64,000 bases of DNA, taken from Sporopachydermia quercuum (taxonomy: Eukaryota). Shown piece after piece: positions 57,657 through 64,000 of the stretch (position 1 is its first letter; each line of letters starts with the position of its first letter). Under the pieces are notes generated by a model that was not told the DNA's origin, did no database searches, and saw only the letters and a list, made by a program, of their open reading frames with translations. The stretch lies in NCBI GenBank assembly GCA_001599295.1, contig BCGN01000002.1:1984001-2048000 (forward strand), in the 5' to 3' direction. The translations under genes were made by a program, and so were the position numbers.

Positions 57657-60020
57657 TTAACTAATACCTGGCAATGGTTCAATGAACTCATTGGAAAAAT
57701 AATCATATATACCATTCAAAGTATAATCACCATGATTTAATACATCGAATAGTAGTTCAATATCATCATCAGTATAATATCCATCTTCACCTATAATTTC
57801 AACAGGTCTTTCTTTTCCTTCTAAGAACACCTTCTGTTTAGACTTGAACACCAGATGTGATACTTTCACATAAATTCTCAGATCGTCCTTCTTTCTCCAA
57901 TTCTCACTCAAATATCCTTTGTGCCATTTAGCTATCGGGAATTTTCTTTCAAAACCTCTGTATCGTTCAATATCATTGATGATCAAACTGTACCCGTGTT
58001 TATAGATATGCTCACCATAATAGAAATAATCAATATTAGGTAAATCAACTCCATTGATGTAGTCATTCAATTCGTTCAATCCAATCTCATCGTTATTATC
58101 CGTTCCAGTATAATTCCAGCTTAAAATACCCTTGGGATCAACACCTAAGAATTGAGGAACACCTCCGCGACTTAAACCTGGTCCTCCTCTTAATAAGGAA
58201 TCATTAGTTTCAACGATTGAAGCCATGCCCCATCTAGCAGCACCGCTTAAAAATAAACCAATAAGCAACGATTGGAATAGATAGGACACTCGCGAGTTAG
58301 GAAATCTCGTGCCGGGCAGTAGTATTAATGCTATGATATAATGATGTATTCTCAAAGTTTGATGTGGAATCCAGGATAATAAGATACATGCAATAACAAC
58401 AATCGCATAGAAAATAATATACCTTGTGAATAAATTTGTATGAAACAAACTGATTGTAATGTTATTCAAAGACTGTGATTTCAGTTCTGATTCGTCGGGA
58501 GTGTCACTGGTGCTAATGTTCATGCTCATACTATCGGAATTCTCCTTTTTTTTGAATAGTTTTGCTTCGGAGCTATCAACTGTGAATATCAATTTCACTT
58601 GGAAATATATTCCAACAACAACAACTGTCACTATAATCGTTATAGCAAGCCAAGCTCCTGGCTGTTGATTCAGGTCTTTAATAGTCAATCTATCAATAGG
58701 TAATGAATCAAATGTGTAATTATTGAGAATGCCGAAGAAGAATCCGCCTGTCCAGAAGACTGCTCTTGATAAGTTAAGAGGTGATAGCATAATTCTTAGG
58801 GAATCTGGTTTTAATTGATACTTATTGTCAGATAATACTACTGGTGGATTCAACTGGGGTCTGGCAATTACTATCCATACAAGAAAAGCAGCGAAAATAA
58901 CAGGTAAGAATCGCTCGAATCCTAGGGATATCAATCTAGCAACATTCTTTTCATACCTATGAATATCGTCGGGAGGACCGCCTTTACCAGTTCTTGCAAC
59001 TGGTGGATCTGATACTAATACTATGAGCCAATAACCCATAACAATCATTACCCAATAAAAGGCTACACCTTCACCTGTTGCTTGAGTTGTAGTAATTAGA
59101 TAGCCAAATACCAAAGCAAATAGAAAATTGAATACAACAATCCTTATTCTATTATCATAGCATTGATCCTTTCTATAACTTTTATCAACATTGTTAAATG
59201 AGTATTGACCAGGGAAATAACTATCGAACTCAACCGAAGTTATACCTGCTTTTCCTACTTCCGACAAGAAAGTTGAACCTGTACTAGATTCTCCATAAGT
59301 TATAGTAACATTGCCAATGCCGCCTCTAGTATTCGAAATAAAACCAGAATGTACTCCTGCTGCGCATATAAAGGAATCCAGTCTGTAAGAGTTATTTCCA
59401 CCAATCACATAAGGTCGGTACTGCACTAGATCCCGACCAACATACTGTGGTGTATATACATAACTATCTCTTGCACATCTAGCAGGACATCTGAATATAA
59501 TAGTGTCAGAATCTGTATCTAGCTCCGTTTCGGTACTTTCTCTCACATGTTTCACTTGTTGCTGTTTTAATGATATGCATAATTCACCATTGAGACCACA
59601 TGCATCGTTAGATCCTGCCCAGATTGACCTTTCTTCTCCACAAGTAAACAAATGTAATGGTTCAGATGAACATTCAGCATATAATCTACTTCTGACACTT
59701 GAAATGAAATAAATGAGCCATACTAATACATAGGTAGTCAGTATGAGATACCTCAGTATTAATCTAGTTTTCAGAAGCTTAGAGTCTTTCTTGCCGGCCT
59801 TGTTAGTATAAAAATAGTCATTTATAATCATAAACCTANCAGGATATTCTTCAATTTTCCAGTATAATGCTTTCAGTTTATCCCATGTTGTGTTCGTCCA
59901 AGGTTTGCTATAATTTATGCTAGCAGCAGTAGTAGGTAATGATGTGATTGTATCATTACCTGATGACTCCATAAGAGAGTCCATCTCAATATCACGACTC
60001 ATGCGGGATCTACGTATCAT
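57657..60020 (-). CDS. LCCL-domain multi-pass membrane protein, about 787 aa from the first ATG
   Basis: W...N.CGLNG..C, RCPA.C, VIGG...YR.DSFICAAGVHSG (LCCL), DSYFP, many TM segments, LRIHHYIIAL and G.ARWG.ASI.ET motifs. The track's start at 60143 is not ATG. Confidence 0.85.
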   Translation of the reverse strand: MIRRSRMSRDIEMDSLMESSGNDTITSLPTTAASINYSKPWTNTTWDKLKALYWKIEEYPXRFMIINDYFYTNKAGKKDSKLLKTRLILRYLILTTYVLVWLIYFISSVRSRLYAECSSEPLHLFTCGEERSIWAGSNDACGLNGELCISLKQQQVKHVRESTETELDTDSDTIIFRCPARCARDSYVYTPQYVGRDLVQYRPYVIGGNNSYRLDSFICAAGVHSGFISNTRGGIGNVTITYGESSTGSTFLSEVGKAGITSVEFDSYFPGQYSFNNVDKSYRKDQCYDNRIRIVVFNFLFALVFGYLITTTQATGEGVAFYWVMIVMGYWLIVLVSDPPVARTGKGGPPDDIHRYEKNVARLISLGFERFLPVIFAAFLVWIVIARPQLNPPVVLSDNKYQLKPDSLRIMLSPLNLSRAVFWTGGFFFGILNNYTFDSLPIDRLTIKDLNQQPGAWLAITIIVTVVVVGIYFQVKLIFTVDSSEAKLFKKKENSDSMSMNISTSDTPDESELKSQSLNNITISLFHTNLFTRYIIFYAIVVIACILLSWIPHQTLRIHHYIIALILLPGTRFPNSRVSYLFQSLLIGLFLSGAARWGMASIVETNDSLLRGGPGLSRGGVPQFLGVDPKGILSWNYTGTDNNDEIGLNELNDYINGVDLPNIDYFYYGEHIYKHGYSLIINDIERYRGFERKFPIAKWHKGYLSENWRKKDDLRIYVKVSHLVFKSKQKVFLEGKERPVEIIGEDGYYTDDDIELLFDVLNHGDYTLNGIYDYFSNEFIEPLPGIS

Positions 60021-60602
60021 TTGGGTACACTCTTGATAAGCTTTATACTTGATGACGATATCCCTGATTCTTTCATTGTTTTGGATGAACCGCACAGGAA
60101 ATAAGAAGTCTTGATTGAGTATTTTATGTGCTAAAAGTAACACGCGAGGAATGCAATTAGGAGAGTAGTGAACGCAAATATGCCAGAAGCTGCATGATTA
60201 TGCTGAAATATGCAGAACGTCAAATTTATGTATATTGCGCAGAATAGAGCATGTGAGTGCATGATAGCGCATAGGTAGAGACATGGGATCGAGCTGACCG
60301 AAGAAAAAAACATTACGATTGAATGGTTTCTTATTTATTTGGAACACAGATAACTACTAAATTACACAACCAATGCATTCAAGGGAATGATAGGAAAATT
60401 CAAAGGTAATAGTGTAAAAAATATAAGTCTGAAAACTGAAGTATAACCTTACACTATTTATGATCCATTTTCTATAATGGAGGCTTTTGTTCTATTACTA
60501 GCTAATACATACGAGTCTTTTATTTACTTTTGGGATCCGAAACAAATGTTTTATAAGCTTCACTCACTCCACAATTGATAGCCCAGGAAAAAACAATCAC
60601 CG

Positions 60603-61515
60603 TTAATTGCATGATCTCCAAGCATTTTGTAAACCAAAGATTGAAGTTATAGTACCCGCTAATCCAACAAAAACTGGGTCAAAATTAACCAACTGTAAGT
60701 TGGATAAAGGAATACTTGAGTCAAGGAGATCCCAAATAAGTTGTCTTGTAACAGCAGATTTAGCTGATTCGACCTTCGCCAAACTAGAAACGTCTTTCTC
60801 CTTCTCTTGTAAAAGGGCAGCTTCTTTTTCGTGAATACCCTGGTACTTCCTCAATGAAACAACAATACTACTAACTAAACCTGCTAGCCAAAATCTGTAT
60901 GCCATTTCGTTGACATGTTTCAAATCCTTTACCTTATAAACATTAGCTTTATGAAGCTATAAAAAACGGTATGTTAGTGCCGAACTAGATTCTTTTCTTT
61001 TTCTAAAATAGTATTACTCAAAAAATCTTCTTGGATTCTCTTCCCCAATCAACTTACCCAAATGAAAGTGTCATATGAAAGATAAGTTCCCATACAAACA
61101 TTCTTTACAGTTGAGAAAAATCTTACAACTGGATCTTCGCTTTTCTTCAAGTATGTCTTAGCTGCTGTTTGGTATGTAGAAATAGGCTTACCAGCTCTGA
61201 ACAACTTTCTTGCCAGACTTAATTGTCCCTGCAAGTTTTGAAGAAATGGTATCCATTGCTTGGAAACACCATACTTAGAAAAATAACTGAACAGAAATTT
61301 TGCCAAATATTGAATAGTACGTAATAATTTGTCACGTCCCACTATCAAACACATGTTAGCATATAGGTTCTCTCGTTGAAAAGCGGCCTTAAGCCAATAA
61401 TGCTTATTCATTCACGTCGAGCATTTTATCAGAGTCCATCTAACTTGCCTGTTTTCTCAAGTAGCTTGCCAACCTTAGTCACGGTCGGATGATATGCTAA
61501 TACCTCGACACTCAT
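60603..61515 (-). CDS. PEX11: Peroxisomal fission protein Pex11, 234 aa; exons 61515-61449, 61341-61058, 60956-60603
   Basis: MSVEVLAYHPTV...LEKT-V-GRDKLLRTIQYLAKF...ARKLFRAGKP...AYRFW...WDLLD..IP...GLAG.ITS..G....W; intron 1 is GC-AG, intron 2 is GT-AG. Confidence 0.95.
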
Positions 61516-64000
61516 TGTTTTTCTTTTTCTTAGTGGATATTAGTAAGGAATAGTCCTTTCACTTTTCGTTTGCTAATGATTGTTAGTGCGATATGTTTCT
61601 AAAATTCGTTCATAATGGGTTGGTAATTCCAACTATGTCTTTATTGTAAATCCTGACAGTTTTATTCTACATTCAAAGTACATTTCAAAAAGAAAATCGT
61701 CTATTCTTGAGAAATTGTGATATAAAAGAAGAGAACAACAAGTGGACAATTGGAGCATGANGGTAAGATTAAAGTTGCGTGAAGGAATGTTGTGTGGGGG
61801 ATGAATCGGAGACTTTGTTAGGAGAGGTAAAACAAACATGGTATTATTTCCGAAATTTCATTATATAGGAGGATGGATGAATGGAAAGAAACAAAGGGAA
61901 GTAGATAGGTATAAAAGAATAAGTAATAGGAGTTAAATAGAATTATATAATAAGGCAAATCTGAGAATAGGAAGAGAAATAACCAGTAATGAAGTTTGAG
62001 GAATTGACTATTTCACAAGCGATAGTACGTTATAGCTGAATTGCCATACAGTAGGTAATCAATGCACAGGGAAAAGTCAAAATTTGCTTCCTAAGCGAAA
62101 GCATATTCACACACCAACAAGTCAACGCTTGCTATATTTGACTTCTTTTTTATCTTTTCTATATTTGCTTTAACTTCGCGGCCGAATAAATAGTCTAGGT
62201 TGATGTTGGTTACATAATAATGTAAGCGTTGCTAAAATTTCTCGGTAAGTGAAACAAAGAGGTTTGTAAGTGCTTGAAAAATCTGGGGTATCAAAAATGC
62301 CAACTCGTCGGAGAACCTGGTCTCACTTCAACCATCAGCCATCACACATTCTATCTGTCCAATCGCAATAATTCTCCGATAAAAGATAAGACTTCTGGTT
62401 CTCAGTCAAAAGATGTACCACTGACAAATGCTTAAAATTAATAAGTCAATAAATAAACCAATCAACCACGATTTTCAACAACTAATCGACTATTAAAGCT
62501 TTCTCGATCAGATTCAAAGGTGTGACAATTTGGCAGGCGACTTTTCGGTTGAATTTATCATGTATGACACGCATAGTATTACATGATAGTATCAAGAAAA
62601 AATCGGACAAATTCTNTGTCTAAAGGAAATAAGCTTAAACTTAGTTTTTACCCTCAGGTTTGAATACCAACCGAGGTTCTTTAATCCCTTCAAACTATTG
62701 AAAGTCTGGTGGGATTGCTGTTTTCTGACATACCACTGATAGCTGATTGAAGAGTGAGTAGAGTCATGCAAATTATTCAAGGCCAATAAATATGAGGATA
62801 TTTGAAGTAGATGATCAGTTTCACTACCTGACCGCATTGATTTTGCTTCTTATTCTTATCAAGCAGTATCCATAAATTTATAAGGTTGCTTATACTGTAT
62901 TCAGCCTTATGTGAAAACTTAAACCTATTGGTTGCTGCACAGATAACATTTGCAACTATAAAGTTTGTCGAAGACACAATATAATTGCTGAATGAAGCAA
63001 TTTCTTCCAACACTATTGATTGAAATGAGTAAACTCATAATTTTAACTCCAGATCGGTTGAGCAAATTATCCTTCATGCTTTCTATGAATNCATTCTTTT
63101 ATAATTTACCAGCTTTCAGATCTTCCCAGTAAAACTATCCTCTCCACATAAGGTCACATGCTTGAGCATCCAATAATCTTTCTACCTTAATTCTTATCGT
63201 AGATCTTTCCTGCAAAAGGTCTTGTCGTCACTCTCTTTGNATGTATGCAGTGACCTGCATACTCATGTTGTTGTTTTATGTAATACCCAACTTCTTTCAC
63301 CTCTCCTCTGCCAGAATTGCTTGCTAATTTAAGCTTATTTGCTTTTAAAAGTCCCTGTTAGCTCAGACAACTTAAAGTTTTTTGTGCACTAGTACAACTA
63401 AAATCTGCCCTCTATTTAAGCTTAGTTGAACTTTAAGTACAATGACTCAAAGGATAATCATTATGAAGAAATCAAACCAAACCATAATGATTCCAAGATT
63501 GTTGCATTAATTATCGTGAACAAAGCCATTATTTAGTAATTTGAAGATTCATGGTGCTGAAAGGAAATTACGAGAAACCCGATGTCTTCGTGAAACATTC
63601 TAATCGAAGCAAATGCTTTAATTAATTGACATGTTTACTTAGAAAACTGTTGTAAGGTCAAATTGAACGTTGGCTGTCAAGCAAACTATAGTACTTGACA
63701 GGGTGAGCATTTTATTCTATCATGAGACATCCAGATCAAAAACCGAATGTTTTCATTGTTTGTTATATTGAAAGTGGACAATTGTTCAAATGTCTTTGTA
63801 GCTTCCATTGTAAACTGTTGATGGTGAAGATCAAATACCAAAATGAGGCTTCCATTGACTTGCTACTGAGAAGTGTAAAATGAAAAGTTTATTAATGGTT
63901 CATTGGATAGGCAGTCACATTGTTGATGGAGCAAAACTGCTACTTGTCAACTACCCAAATTTATAGAAGGACAACATTGCTCAACCCTTGAGATCATAAA

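Noticed and set aside
62592..63240. Partly open minus-strand frames upstream of PEX11
   Set aside because: Non-ATG starts, frequent stops and no recognisable domain.

Overview
Eukaryotic, AT-rich chromosomal DNA from an intron-rich budding yeast (Saccharomycotina). It uses the standard genetic code (CTG sits at conserved Leu positions in Nop10 and Yos1) and has relaxed splice signals, which suggests an early-diverging lineage such as Dipodascomycetes; that placement is inference. I can support 22 protein-coding genes: TRX, ABZ2, SER2, an RBM26/27-like PWI-RRM gene, an Smr-domain gene, AVT3, a polyol SDR, CTS1, NNT1/EFM7, a DUF202 gene, RPS30, KRE1, MOG1, SSZ1, TFB1, SWA2, NOP10, DAD4, RPS24, YOS1, a PTP2/3 phosphatase, an LCCL membrane protein and PEX11 (23 counting the last). 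Several were split or missed by the ORF track and were rebuilt by hand from splice signals (17 well-supported introns plus a few candidates). No tRNA, rRNA, CRISPR array or intact transposon was recognised. The best finding is that the thioredoxin stop codon lies in the leaky TGA-CTA context and is followed in frame by L-Y-S-K-L-stop, a cryptic PTS1 that predicts a peroxisomal thioredoxin isoform made by readthrough. Other highlights are a spliced 20-codon micro-ORF upstream of the RBM26-like gene, an obligatory GC-AG intron in PEX11, an intron overlapping the apparent NOP10 stop, a 15-bp long-range stem in the RPS30 intron, and a hairpin cluster near 56.3 kb. About 50 single N bases look like masked heterozygous SNPs.
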